From contig CAVZPE010000008.1 of NCBI GenBank assembly GCA_963776915.1, positions 34,124 to 98,123 on the forward strand: 64,000 bases of DNA. The letters are read 5' to 3'. The notes below the pieces were generated by a model. That model was given only the letters and a program-made list of their open reading frames with translations. It made no database searches and had not been told where the DNA came from. How positions within the stretch are numbered: the stretch's first letter is position 1; every line of letters begins with the position of its first letter. The stretch comes from an uncultured Acidobacteriota bacterium (GTDB lineage Bacteria > Acidobacteriota > Thermoanaerobaculia > UBA5066). The position numbers and the translations under genes are program-made. This document shows positions 54,703-64,000 of the stretch, piece after piece.

Positions 54703-55773
54703 TCAGGGCGTCGCGCGTTCCTCGCGTGCCGCGCGCCTCGCCTCGTGGTATCGGGCCGCATTGCGCTGCTGCTCCTCGTAGTCGGTCGCGAACAGGTGCG
54801 ATCCGTCGCCCGCGGCCACGAAGTAGCGGTAGTCGACGTCGGCGGGCGCGACCGCCGCGCGCAGCGACGCGAGCCCGGGATTGCAGATCGGCCCCGGCGG
54901 GAGCCCCGCCCGCACGTAGGTGTTGTAGGGCTCGTCGACCGTGAGCTCCGAGCGCGCGAGCGAGCCGCGCCACCGCCCGAGCCTCTTCAGCGCGTAGATC
55001 GTGGTCGGATCGCACTGGAGGAGCATCCCGGCGCGGAGGCGGTTGCGATAGACGGCCGCGACGACCGGGCGCTCGGCCGCGAGCGACGTCTCCTTCTCGA
55101 CGAGCGACGCGAGCGTCGTCGCCTCGAGGACGCCGAGGTTCATCGCCTTCGCCTTCTCGGCGAAGTCGGCGGGGAGCCGGCGCGCGAACTGGCGCGTCAT
55201 GGAGGCGAGGATCTCGCGCGCCGTCATCGAGCGCGTGATCGTGTAGGTGTCGGGGAAGAGGAACCCCTCGAGCGTCGGGGAGCCCGCGGGGACGCCCTCG
55301 AACTCGGCCGGGCGCGTGAAGAGGAACTCGTAGTCCTTCTGGGCCGCGAAGCCCTGCGACGAGAAGAGCGAGAAGACCTCGTCCGCCGTGAACCCCTCGG
55401 GCACCGTGATCCGGTACGTCACGACGTCCCCGGCCACGAGGGACAGGACGACCTGGTCGGGGGCGCGCGGCCCCGCGAAGCGGTACTCCCCGGCCTTGAG
55501 GGTCTTGCCGCGATGGAAGACCTTCAGCGCGACCATCCCGAGCCGCCAGTCGCGCAGGACGCCGAGGCTCTCGAGCCGGGTGAACACGGCCGCCGAGGGC
55601 GTCCGCGGCGCGATCGAGACGATGACCTCGTCTTCCGCGTAGCCCTTGTACGGGGCGTGGACGCCGTACATGAGGAGGCCGAAGCCGACCGCGCCCGCGA
55701 GCAGCGTGAAGAGCGCGACCCAGAGCAGCAGGGGGACGAGGTGGCGCTTGTGGATCGCCGGCGCGCGGCTCAC
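54703..55773 (-). CDS. mltG: endolytic murein transglycosylase MltG (YceG family)
   Basis: N-terminal TM helix, then a YceG-like domain (LQCDPTTIYAL, EPYNTYVRAGLPPGPICNPG). Confidence 0.8.
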   Translation of the reverse strand: MSRAPAIHKRHLVPLLLWVALFTLLAGAVGFGLLMYGVHAPYKGYAEDEVIVSIAPRTPSAAVFTRLESLGVLRDWRLGMVALKVFHRGKTLKAGEYRFAGPRAPDQVVLSLVAGDVVTYRITVPEGFTADEVFSLFSSQGFAAQKDYEFLFTRPAEFEGVPAGSPTLEGFLFPDTYTITRSMTAREILASMTRQFARRLPADFAEKAKAMNLGVLEATTLASLVEKETSLAAERPVVAAVYRNRLRAGMLLQCDPTTIYALKRLGRWRGSLARSELTVDEPYNTYVRAGLPPGPICNPGLASLRAAVAPADVDYRYFVAAGDGSHLFATDYEEQQRNAARYHEARRAAREERATP

Positions 55774-55783
55774 CAGAGTCGCC

Positions 55784-56215
55784 TCACGCCGCGCCGCCGG
55801 CCCGCGCCGCGAGCCAGTCCCGAAGGAGAACGGCGGCGGCCTCGGCGTCCCTGAGGCCGACCCGGTCCCGCGCGGCGACCCCCGCCGCGTCGAGAGCGGC
55901 GTCGGCGGCGACCGAGGTCAGCGCCTCTCCGTGGAGGTCGACGGGCAGGCCGCAGGCCTCCCCGACGCGGCGCGCGAAGTTGCGGGCCCGCCGTGCGATC
56001 GGGCCTTCGCTGCCGTCGAGGTTGCGCGGGAGCCCGACGACGACGCGGGCGACCTCGCGCTCTTTCGCGGCGCGGGCGACGTCCGCGGCCGCCTGGGCGT
56101 CGCTCGTGCGCGCCACGGCACCGACGGGCACGACGACGCGTCCGGTCTCGTCCGAAACCGCGAGGCCGATCCGCTTCTCGCCGAAGTCGACCGCGAGGAC
56201 GCGCACGAGTCTCAT
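55784..56215 (-). CDS. ruvX: Holliday junction resolvase-like RuvX/YqgF
   Basis: MRLVRVLAVDFGEKRIGLAVSDETG... 143 aa. Confidence 0.8.
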   Translation of the reverse strand: MRLVRVLAVDFGEKRIGLAVSDETGRVVVPVGAVARTSDAQAAADVARAAKEREVARVVVGLPRNLDGSEGPIARRARNFARRVGEACGLPVDLHGEALTSVAADAALDAAGVAARDRVGLRDAEAAAVLLRDWLAARAGGAA

Positions 56216-56299
56216 CGTAGGAGGCCCCCTCGGTGAAGTCCACTCCGGATACAATCGGCGTCCTTCGGCGGCGCCCGCCGCCTCGGAGAGTCCAGGACC

Positions 56300-57481
56300 A
56301 TGAGTCAAGACGTCTTCATCCTTTCCGCCGCCCGCACGCCGATCGGGACCTTCCTCGGCTCGCTCTCGTCGCTCCCCGCGCATGCCCTCGGGGCCGTCGC
56401 GATCCGGTCCGCCGTCGAGCGCGCGGAGGTTCCCGCCGCGCGCGTCGAGCACGTCTGGATGGGCAACGTCCTGCAGGCCGGGCAGGGCCAGGCGCCCGCC
56501 CGGCAGGCGCTCCTTTCCGCCGGCCTTCCGAAGAGCACGGGCGCGGTCACGCTCCACAAGGTCTGCGGCTCCGGGATGCGCGCCGTCATGGACGCCGCGA
56601 ACGCGCTCCGCACGAACGAGTTCGAGCTCGTGGTCGCGGGCGGCATGGAGTCCATGTCGAACGCGCCCTACCTTCTCCCGAAAGGCCGCCTCGGCCTGAG
56701 GATGGGCCACGGCCAGCTCCTCGACTCGATGATCTCGGACGGGCTGTGGGACCCCTACAAGAACATCCACATGGGCAACTGCGCCGAGATGTGCGCCGAG
56801 AAATACGCCTTCACGCGCGAGGCGCAGGACGCGTTCGCGCTCGAGAGCTACCAGCGGGCGCGGCGCGCGAACGAATCGGGGGACTTCAACGCCGAGTTCG
56901 CGCCCGTCACGATCGAGGGCAAGAAAGGCTCGACCGTCGTGGACCGCGACGAGGAGCCTTTCGCGACGCCGCTCGAGAAGCTCGAGAAGATGGGCACGCT
57001 CAAGCCGGCCTTCCAGAAGGAGGGCACGGTCACGGCCGCGAACTCCTCGAAGGTCAACGACGGCGCCTGCGCCCTCGTCCTCGCGGGCGAGAAGGCCGCG
57101 GCCGCGGCCCGGCCGATCGCGCGGATCCTGTCGCAGGCGTCCTTCGCACAGGAGCCCGAGTGGTTCACGACGGCGCCGATCGCGGCCGCGAAGAAGGCGG
57201 CCGAGCGCGCGGGCATCCCGCTCGCCTCGATCGACCTCTTCGAGGTGAACGAGGCGTTCGCGGTCGTCGCGATGGCCTTCGTGAAGGACCTCGACCTCGA
57301 TCCGAACAAGGTGAACGTGAACGGCGGGGCCGTCGCCCTCGGGCACCCGATCGGGGCCTCCGGGGCCCGGATCGTCACGACGCTCGTCCACTCCCTCAAG
57401 GCGCGGAAGAAGAAGTACGGGCTCGCATCCATCTGCATCGGGGGAGGTGAGGCGACGGCCGTGGTCGTGGAAGCGCTGTGA
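56300..57481 (+). CDS. acetyl-CoA C-acetyltransferase (thiolase II)
   Basis: 393 aa. Thiolase active-site regions (VCGSGMRAV, NVNGGAVALGHPIGASGAR, CIGGGEA). Confidence 0.85.
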   Translation: MSQDVFILSAARTPIGTFLGSLSSLPAHALGAVAIRSAVERAEVPAARVEHVWMGNVLQAGQGQAPARQALLSAGLPKSTGAVTLHKVCGSGMRAVMDAANALRTNEFELVVAGGMESMSNAPYLLPKGRLGLRMGHGQLLDSMISDGLWDPYKNIHMGNCAEMCAEKYAFTREAQDAFALESYQRARRANESGDFNAEFAPVTIEGKKGSTVVDRDEEPFATPLEKLEKMGTLKPAFQKEGTVTAANSSKVNDGACALVLAGEKAAAAARPIARILSQASFAQEPEWFTTAPIAAAKKAAERAGIPLASIDLFEVNEAFAVVAMAFVKDLDLDPNKVNVNGGAVALGHPIGASGARIVTTLVHSLKARKKKYGLASICIGGGEATAVVVEAL

Positions 57482-57558
57482 ACGTTGCGAGACGTCGGGG
57501 GGCCCGGGGGGCGGCGATTAGCGCCCCCGGAGAGCCCCTCTGACCGGATAATCGGCCC

Positions 57559-58274
57559 GTGATCGACAAGGTCGTGCGAGGGGCGAGCCCGGCGGAGGCG
57601 GCGGCGAGGGCCGTCGCGGACGTCCCGTCGGGCGCGACGCTGGTCGTCGGCGGCTTCGGGCTCTGCGGGATCCCCGAGAACCTGATTTCCGCGCTCGCGG
57701 CCTCTCCCGTGACGGGCCTGACCTGCGTCTCGAACAACTGCGGCGTGGACGACTGGGGCCTGGGCCTCCTCCTCGGGAAGAAGAAGATCCGGAAGATGCT
57801 CTCGTCGTACGTCGGCGAGAACGCGGAGTTCGAGCGCCAGTACCTCGCGGGCGAGCTCGAGCTCGAGTTCTGCCCGCAGGGCACGCTCGCCGAGCGCATG
57901 CGCGCCGGCGGCGCGGGGATCGCCGGCTTCTACACGCCGACGGGCGTCGGGACGATCGTCGCCGACGGCAAGGAGACGAAGGTCTTCGACGGCAAGGAAT
58001 ACCTCCTCGAGCGCGGGCATCGTCGGCGATTTCGCGCTCGTCGCCGCGTGGAAGGGCGACCGGCTCGGCAACCTCGTCTACCGCAAGACGGCCCGCAACT
58101 TCAACCCGATGGCCGCGACGGCGGGCCGGATCACGATCGCCGAGGTCGAGGTGCTCGTCGAGCCGGGGCAGATCGACGCCGACGCGGTCGACACACCGGG
58201 TGTCTTCGTCCAGCGCGTCGTCGTGGCGCCGCGCGTCAAGCGCATCGAGCGCCGGACGGTGAGGAAGGGCTGAT
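57559..58274 (+). CDS. scoA: 3-oxoacid CoA-transferase subunit A (frameshift in a GGG run about 58027)
   Basis: N-terminal part [19 protein letters not shown]. The C-terminal part [53 protein letters not shown]...RKG stop is in the +2 frame. Confidence 0.7.
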
Positions 58275-58935
58275 GCCGAGGCTCGACCGCGACGGGATCA
58301 TCAGGCGCGCCGCGCAGGAGCTGCGCGACGGGATGTACGTGAACCTCGGGATCGGCATGCCGACGCTCGTCTCGAACTTCATCCCGAAGGGCATGGACGT
58401 CATCCTCCAGTCGGAGAACGGCATCCTCGGGATGGGTCCCTATCCGACGGAGAGCGAGGTCGACCCCGACCTCATCAACGCGGGCAAGGAGACGGTCACG
58501 GTCATCCCCGGCGCCGCGTTCTTCTCCTCGGCGGATTCCTTCGCGATGATCCGCGGCGGGCACATCGACCTCTGCATCCTCGGCGCGATGCAGGTCGACG
58601 CCGAAGGGTCCATCGCGAACTGGATGATCCCGGGCCGGCTCGTGAAGGGGATGGGCGGCGCGATGGACCTCGTCGCGGCCGCGCGGCGGATCGTCGTGAC
58701 GATGGAGCACGTCGCGAAGAACGGCGAGAAGAAGATCCTGAACCGGTGCACCCTGCCGCTGACGGGCCGTGGCTGCGTGCACCGCATCGTGACGGACCTC
58801 GCCGTCCTCGACGTGAAGGCGGGAGGGGGCCTGAGGCTCGTCGAGCGCGCTCCCGGCGTCTCGGTGGACGAGATCCGCGCCGCGACCGAGCCTCCGCTGG
58901 ACGCCGCCGCCGACGTGCCCGAGATGCGGGTCTGA
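58273..58935 (+). CDS. scoB: 3-oxoacid CoA-transferase subunit B
   Basis: 220 aa. [19 protein letters not shown] ... ENGILGMGP. The ATG overlaps the scoA stop. Confidence 0.8.
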   Translation: MPRLDRDGIIRRAAQELRDGMYVNLGIGMPTLVSNFIPKGMDVILQSENGILGMGPYPTESEVDPDLINAGKETVTVIPGAAFFSSADSFAMIRGGHIDLCILGAMQVDAEGSIANWMIPGRLVKGMGGAMDLVAAARRIVVTMEHVAKNGEKKILNRCTLPLTGRGCVHRIVTDLAVLDVKAGGGLRLVERAPGVSVDEIRAATEPPLDAAADVPEMRV

Positions 58936-58974
58936 CTGGCGCTGCACTTGCTGCGCCGCGGCACGTGTGCCGTT

Positions 58975-59034
58975 CTGGAAATTTCTTAGAGGGTGAAGAT
59001 GGCTCTGCCGCCCGTTTACCCTTCTAAGAAATCG
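58975..59034 (+). repeat. compact palindromic element copy E3 (TTCTTAGAGGGTGAAG ... ACCCTTCTAAGAA) straddling the annotated lptD start
   Basis: Arms at 58984-58999 and 59018-59030 can pair as a stem of about 13 bp around a 20-nt loop. A TTG at about 59054 would give the signal peptide MRRRLPFWLILAV. Confidence 0.45.
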
Positions 59035-61285
59035 CGGCGCGGCGGGTTGCGAAGAAGGCTGCCTTTCTGGCTGATCCTTGCCGTCTGCACGGGAGCAAAC
59101 CTCTCCTTCTCCCAGTCCTCCTTCGACACCGACCCGTTCGCGGCGCGGTTCCGCGAGAAGGGCGGGTTCGAGCCGAAGTTCAGGCTGCCCGAGAAGACCG
59201 GCACGATCACGATCCGGATCGACGCGGGGGAGGAGGGCGGCCCGCAGGGCCGGCAGACGATCGTCGACGAGGACCTCTTCACGGCCGACGCCCCCCCGGG
59301 CGGGTTCGTCACGGTGGAGTACCAGGACATCCGCCTCAGGGCGCGGCGCGTCACCGGAAGCTACAAGCGCCACACGGTCGTCGCCGAGGGCGACGTCACG
59401 CTCGTGCAGGGCCTCTCGCGGATGAGCGGCGCGCGCCTCGACCTCGACCTGAACGACAAGGTCGGCGTCCTCCTCGACGGGCGCGTGGACCTCGAGGGGG
59501 GGCTCCACCTCAAGGGAGCCACGCTCGCGAAGGTGGGCCCGAAGAGCTTCACGATCACGGAGGGGACGGTCACCGCGTGCGAGGGGGACGACCCCGCGTG
59601 GAAGTTCACCGTGAAGAGCGGGCGCGTGACGCTCGAGGACTACGCGCGGCTCAAGAACGCGACGTTCACGCTCGGCGGGGTCCCCCTCCTCTGGACGCCC
59701 TACATCCTCTGGCCCGCGCTGCGCGACCGCGCGTCCGGCTTCCTCGTCCCCGGCCTCGGTTACAACTCGACCCGCGGCGGGTACTTCGGCCTCTCGTACT
59801 ACTGGGCGATCGGCCGCTCGTGGGACGCGACGTTCTCCGGCGACTTCTACACCGAGAAGTACTACGGCCTCGGCGCCGAGCTGCGCGGGCAGCCGTCGCT
59901 CGGCACGCGGTTCGCGGGCTCCTACTACACGATCTGGGACCCGACCGTCGAGCACTGGCGGTGGCAGACGCTGGGCCAGCTGGTCTCGGACGACATCGCG
60001 CCGCGGGTGCGCGGCGTCGTGACGTGGCTGAACTTCTCGGACCCGGGGTTCTTCCAGGACTTCAACCGGAACTTCGCGCTCGGCTCGACGCGCTCGCTCA
60101 AGAGCGAGGGCTTCCTGACCTGGGGCCCGGACCCGTGGGCCCTCAACCTGCGTCTCTCGCGCGAGGAGGCGATCGGATTCGGGGACGGGAACTCGGTCGT
60201 CAGCGAGCGCCTCCCGACCCTGGAGATGCGCCTGAGGCCGACCCCGATCTTCGGGCAGGCCGCCTTCGTCGAGGTCGCCGCGCAGGGCGGCGTCCTCCGC
60301 GTGGACCGCGGGGCGGGCCAGCCCGGAGGCACCTACGACCGCTTCGACCTCTTCCCGCAGGTCAGCGTGCCGCTCTCGATCGCGCCGTGGCTCTCGCTCG
60401 ACGCGTCCGCGGGCGGACGCGTCACGACGTACGGCATGTCGCTCTCGGCGGACGGGACGACGCTGCTGCCGGAGCGCTACACGCGCGAGGCGCTCGTGAC
60501 GGACGTCGCGCTCACGGGGCCGTCCTTCTCCCGCCTCTTCGACTGGAAGGTCGGCTCGCTCACGAAGTGGAAGCACGTCCTCGAGCCGAGGGCCGAGTGG
60601 GCCTGGCTCGCGGGCCGCGACGATTTCGGTTCCACGCCGCTGTTCGACGAGATCGACTCGCTCACCCCCACGAATGCGCTCCGCTACTCGCTCTTCCAGC
60701 ATCTCCTCGCGAAGGGGGAGACGGGCGGCTCGCGCGAGCTCGCCTCGTTCGAGATCGCGCGGTTCTACTACTTCCGGCTGCCGGGCGAAGGCACGCCCGC
60801 GGGGCCGAATCCCGTGTCGCAGCGCTCCTCGCCGACCGACTTCATCCTGCGCGTGAACGCGGCGCAGGGATTCAACCTCGACAGCCGGGTCACGTGGGAC
60901 ACCCACTTCGGCCAGGTGACGGCGGCGAGCGTGACGGCGATCCTCACGGGCGGCGAGCGTTCTCTCGCGCTCTCGCTGTTCGACAGCCACCCGGTGGTCA
61001 TTCCCGCCGCGTCCGACCCCGGCGCGTCCGCGCAGCTGCGGATCTCGGGCGGGATGCCGATCGTCCCGAGGCGCCTGAGGTTCGACGTCGAGGCGAACTA
61101 CGACCTCACGAAGGGCAAGATGCTCGAGTCCCGCTCGCTGTTGACCCTCCAGGCGGCGTGTTTCAAGATCCTCGTCGAATATCGCGACCTGCGCACCGGG
61201 GAACACGCCCTCGCGGGACTACCGGGTGGCCCTGACCCTCCGGAACGTGGGGAGCTTCCTCGACTTCACCGGCAGCCTGCCTTGA
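58993..61285 (+). CDS. lptD: LPS-assembly outer membrane protein LptD (OstA family); frameshift about 61200, true start possibly the TTG about 59054
   Basis: OstA N-domain and a large beta-barrel. The C-terminus is restored in another frame as ...DYRVALTLRNVGSFLDFTGSLP stop at 61283-61285. Confidence 0.65.
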
Positions 61286-61500
61286 CGAGAGATCGATCCC
61301 CCGGGGGACACTTCCTTCCGGAGAACCTGCCGATCAGGCCCGGATTCAAAAAACCGTAGAGGAGCCTTCCCATTCACCCTTCCCGGATCCTTCGAACGCT
61401 TTCCGCCGCGGCCCTGGTCGCCTCGGCAGCCCTGGCGCTCGCGGACAGGGCCACCGCCGACGCGGCGACCCTCGTCGCGGCCTCGTGCTCGGCCCCGATC

Positions 61501-62694
61501 GTGATCGACGCCTCGTCCCTGCCGGCCTCCGCGGCGGCGGTCGACACGCGGTCGATGCCGCCCGATCCGGCGGTGCCCACCTTCCCGTGCTACGGCAAGC
61601 TCCTTCTCCCGACCGGAGGACAGGTCCAGCCGTCGAAGCTCGTCTGGTTCTCGTTCACGCCGACCACGACGGACACGTACCGGATCGACACGCTGGGCTC
61701 GACGCCGGCGGACTACGACACCATCCTCGCCGCGTACACGGGCAGCTGCGGGACGCTCGCGCCGGTGTCGGGCATCTGCGGCCGGAACGGCTTCTACGCG
61801 GACGACGCGCCCGGCTCCCTCCAGTCCTCGATCACGCTCAACCTCGCGGCGGGGACGACCTACCTGTTCGCGGTCGGCGCGATCGGCGCGCCGAACTCGT
61901 ACACCGGGCAGGTCGACGCCTCGGCCGGCGGATCTCTCCGCTTCAACGTCGCGCGCGTCGCCGTGTCGTATCCCTACCTCTATCTCGTGCCGTCGATCGC
62001 GCGCACGGGCGGCTTCGTGAGCGACCTCTACGTCACGAACCTCGAGGGCGCCGACGGCGTCTTCCTCGCGCAGTACCTCACGCACGGCAACGACGGCGAC
62101 CAGACGATTCCGGCCCGGCAGGTGCAGCCCGCCCCGCTCTTCGTCGCGGCGAACGGGACCCGGCTGTTCGCGGACGCCGTCGGGCTGCTCGGGTTCTCGG
62201 ACGACTGGGGGGCGCTCGTCCTGCAGTCGACGCGCCGTCTTCTCGTCGGAGCGCGCACCTGGGCGCCCGTCGCGGGCGGCGGAACGATCGCGCAGTACAC
62301 GGCCGGCGTCGACGTGTCGCCGGGCCTCGCGGCGCCCGAAGCCGTCGCGACGGGAGAGACCGGTCGCTTCACGGGCGTCCGCGAGGACGCGGGCGCCCGG
62401 ACGAGCCTCGTCTTCGCGAACACGGCGACGGTGCCGTGCACGCTGCGCGCCGAGGTGCGCGACGGCACGGGCGCGCTCCTCGGGGCGACGCGCTCGCTCG
62501 TCGTGCCGCCCTGGACCGCGATGCAGAAGAACCGGCTCAAGGACACGTTCGCGATCTCCGGGGACGTGCGGGACGCGTCCGTGGTCGTCCGGAACGTGAC
62601 CGCGGGGTGCTCGGTCGTGGGCGTCGCGTACGTCGTCGACGGGAACACGACGCCCGGGACGAACGATCCCTACGCGGTTCGCCTGCTCAAGTAG
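61501..62694 (+). CDS. secreted hypothetical protein (signal-peptide-like sequence extends upstream to about 61384 without a canonical start)
   Basis: The ORF 61501..62694 is protein-like. The in-frame upstream stretch RTLSAAALVASAALALADRATADAATLVAASCSAPIV has no ATG/GTG/TTG. Confidence 0.5.
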   Translation: MIDASSLPASAAAVDTRSMPPDPAVPTFPCYGKLLLPTGGQVQPSKLVWFSFTPTTTDTYRIDTLGSTPADYDTILAAYTGSCGTLAPVSGICGRNGFYADDAPGSLQSSITLNLAAGTTYLFAVGAIGAPNSYTGQVDASAGGSLRFNVARVAVSYPYLYLVPSIARTGGFVSDLYVTNLEGADGVFLAQYLTHGNDGDQTIPARQVQPAPLFVAANGTRLFADAVGLLGFSDDWGALVLQSTRRLLVGARTWAPVAGGGTIAQYTAGVDVSPGLAAPEAVATGETGRFTGVREDAGARTSLVFANTATVPCTLRAEVRDGTGALLGATRSLVVPPWTAMQKNRLKDTFAISGDVRDASVVVRNVTAGCSVVGVAYVVDGNTTPGTNDPYAVRLLK

Positions 62695-62733
62695 AGCCGG
62701 CCGGCGCGCCGCTTCCGGTACACTGCCGGTCCC

Positions 62734-63591
62734 GTGCAGACGGTGATCCTCGGAGCCGGCGGCATGCTGGGCCGCGCCCTCGGGCGCGAGTTCCCGGCGG
62801 CCGAGCGGTTCACGCACGCCGCCCTCGACATCACGGATGTCCCGGCGGTTCATGCCGCGCTCCAGCCGGGCGTGCGACTCGTCCTGAACGCCGCGGCCGA
62901 CACGCGCGTGGACGCGGCCGAAACCGATCCCCGGCACACCCGCGTGAACCACGTCGCCGTCGGGCTCCTCGCGGCCCGCTGCAGCGAGATCGGCGCGACG
63001 CTCGTCCACGTCTCGACGGACTACGTCTTCAGCGGAAAGGCGATCCGCCCCTACCGCGAGGACGACCCCGTCGACCCGGTGAACGCCTACGGCCGCGGCA
63101 AGCTCGCGGGGGAGCGCCGCGCCTTCGAGGAAGGCGACGAAGTCCTCGTCGTCCGCACGTCCTGGGTCTTCGGGACGGGGGGCGCGAACTTCGTGGACAC
63201 GATCCTCAAGCGCGTCGAGGCCGGCGGGCGCGAGCTCTCGGTCGTGAACGACCAGGTCGGGCGGCCGACGTTCGCCGGAGACCTCGCCGCCGCGGTCCGC
63301 GCGCTCGTCGAGCGGCGCGTGACCGGCATCGTCCACTTCGCGAACGCCGGCGACGCGACCTGGTACGAGGTGGCGCGCGAGGCCCTGCGGCTCTCGGGGC
63401 GCACGGACGTCGCGCTCAGGCCGGTCACGACGGGGGACTTTCCGCGGCCGGCGCGCCGGCCGCGGCACTCGGTCCTCGACACGGCGCTCTACGAGCGGCT
63501 CACGAAGACGGCGCCGCGGCCCTGGAGCGAGGCCCTCGCGGCCTACCTCGAGGAGAGGCGCGCGGTCGTCTCGCCGGGCCCGTTCGCATGA
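62734..63591 (+). CDS. rmlD: dTDP-4-dehydrorhamnose reductase
   Basis: Rossmann GxxGxxG (ILGAGGMLG), YxxxK region (NAYGRGKLAGE), RmlD_sub_bind-like. Confidence 0.75.
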   Translation: MQTVILGAGGMLGRALGREFPAAERFTHAALDITDVPAVHAALQPGVRLVLNAAADTRVDAAETDPRHTRVNHVAVGLLAARCSEIGATLVHVSTDYVFSGKAIRPYREDDPVDPVNAYGRGKLAGERRAFEEGDEVLVVRTSWVFGTGGANFVDTILKRVEAGGRELSVVNDQVGRPTFAGDLAAAVRALVERRVTGIVHFANAGDATWYEVAREALRLSGRTDVALRPVTTGDFPRPARRPRHSVLDTALYERLTKTAPRPWSEALAAYLEERRAVVSPGPFA

Positions 63592-64000
63592 CGCCGCTGC
63601 CACGCGAGGAGATCCTCCGCAAGGCGGTGCACGTCGGGATGGCGGGGTTCGCGCTCCTCCTGCGGACGCTGACGTGGCAGCAGGCGGCGGCCGCGGCGGG
63701 GGTCGCCCTCGCCTTCAATGCGGCGATCTTCCCGCGGGTTTCGCCGCATGTTCTTAGAAAGGAAGAGAGGGCGGCTCGCTTCTCCCTCGGGATCACGCTT
63801 TATGCGGCCACCGTGCTTCTGCTCATCTTCACCTTTCGAAGAAATCTCCCTCTCGCCGCCGCCGGATGGGGCTACCTGGCATTTGGGGACGGGTTCGCGA
63901 CCCTCGTCGGGATGACCGTGGGGGGGGCGCGTCTGCCCTGGAACCCGAAGAAGTCCTTCTCCGGCTTCCTCGGCTATCTCGTCTTCGGTTTCCTCGGCGC
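63588..64000 (+). CDS. integral membrane protein, 3'-partial at window end (possibly CTP-dependent lipid kinase/cytidylyltransferase-like)
   Basis: The ATG overlaps the rmlD stop. Hydrophobic helices; KKSFSGFLGYLVFGFLG at the window end. It contains element copy E4. Confidence 0.4.
   Translation, partial: MTPLPREEILRKAVHVGMAGFALLLRTLTWQQAAAAAGVALAFNAAIFPRVSPHVLRKEERAARFSLGITLYAATVLLLIFTFRRNLPLAAAGWGYLAFGDGFATLVGMTVGGARLPWNPKKSFSGFLGYLVFGFLG
63749..63858 (+). repeat. palindromic element copy E4 (TTCTTAGAAAGGAAGAGAGGGCGG ... CATCTTCACCTTTCGAAGAAATCTCCCTCTCGCC) embedded in-frame in the final membrane-protein CDS
   Basis: Left arm 63751-63774, right arm 63824-63858. It encodes ...HVLRKEERAARFSLGITLYAATVLLLIFTFRRNLP... 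inside the ORF. Confidence 0.45.

Overview
This 64 kb window has about 72% GC and looks like a chromosomal segment from a high-GC Gram-negative bacterium. The TonB-dependent receptor with a CarboxypepD_reg-type N-terminus points loosely to Acidobacteria or Vicinamibacteria. I saw no rRNA, tRNA, CRISPR array or transposase. Most of the long ORFs in the track are alternate-frame or antisense readings of real genes, which GC-rich DNA produces routinely.

Real content, in order along the window:
- 1–8 kb: two paralogous hypothetical proteins, TonB, a Rieske oxygenase, an amino-acid permease, an RluA pseudouridine synthase and a TonB-dependent receptor.
- 8–14.8 kb: a Ser/Thr kinase, a GNAT acetyltransferase, a glnK-amtB pair, malQ and an ATP-grasp-like protein.
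- 14.8–40 kb: a large type IV pilus superlocus. It holds two tandem major-pilin genes behind sigma-54-like promoters, a YfhO/GT-C-like membrane protein, pilD, a sensor kinase, pilT, a pilU-like ATPase with a HEAT-repeat gene, a fimU-pilV-pilW-pilX-pilY1-like minor pilin operon plus one extra pilin-like gene, and a sigma-54 response regulator. A small island (DUF2231 protein, secreted rubrerythrin, a second sigma-54 two-component pair) sits in the middle of it.
- 40–64 kb: selA, tldD/pmbA, an acyl-CoA carboxylase trio, a DsbA-like lipoprotein, a pseudokinase-TonB fusion, mltG, ruvX, thiolase, scoAB, lptD, a secreted protein, rmlD and a partial membrane protein at the window end.

Two global observations:
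1. Many genes are broken by single-base frameshifts, often at G/C homopolymer runs. This affects pilin 2, the HEAT gene, the pilU-like N-terminus, the minor pilins, pilY1, selA, the TPR gene, tldD, pmbA, accC, scoA, lptD and others. That pattern looks like uncorrected long-read assembly indels rather than pseudogenes, so gene calls here span the homology, not the raw ORFs.
2. There is a family of short, comparatively AT-rich imperfect palindromic elements. Their half-sites are of the form TTCTTAGAAAGGGTGAAGAGGG and CCCTCTTCACCCTTCTAAGAA. I found five or six copies. One lies between convergent genes, one sits at the lptD start, one is just upstream of accC, and two are embedded inside coding sequence (tonB and the final membrane protein).

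A sigma-54-like motif GGCACG-N4-TTGA recurs upstream of both major pilin genes and of rubrerythrin, and a close variant precedes the minor pilin operon.
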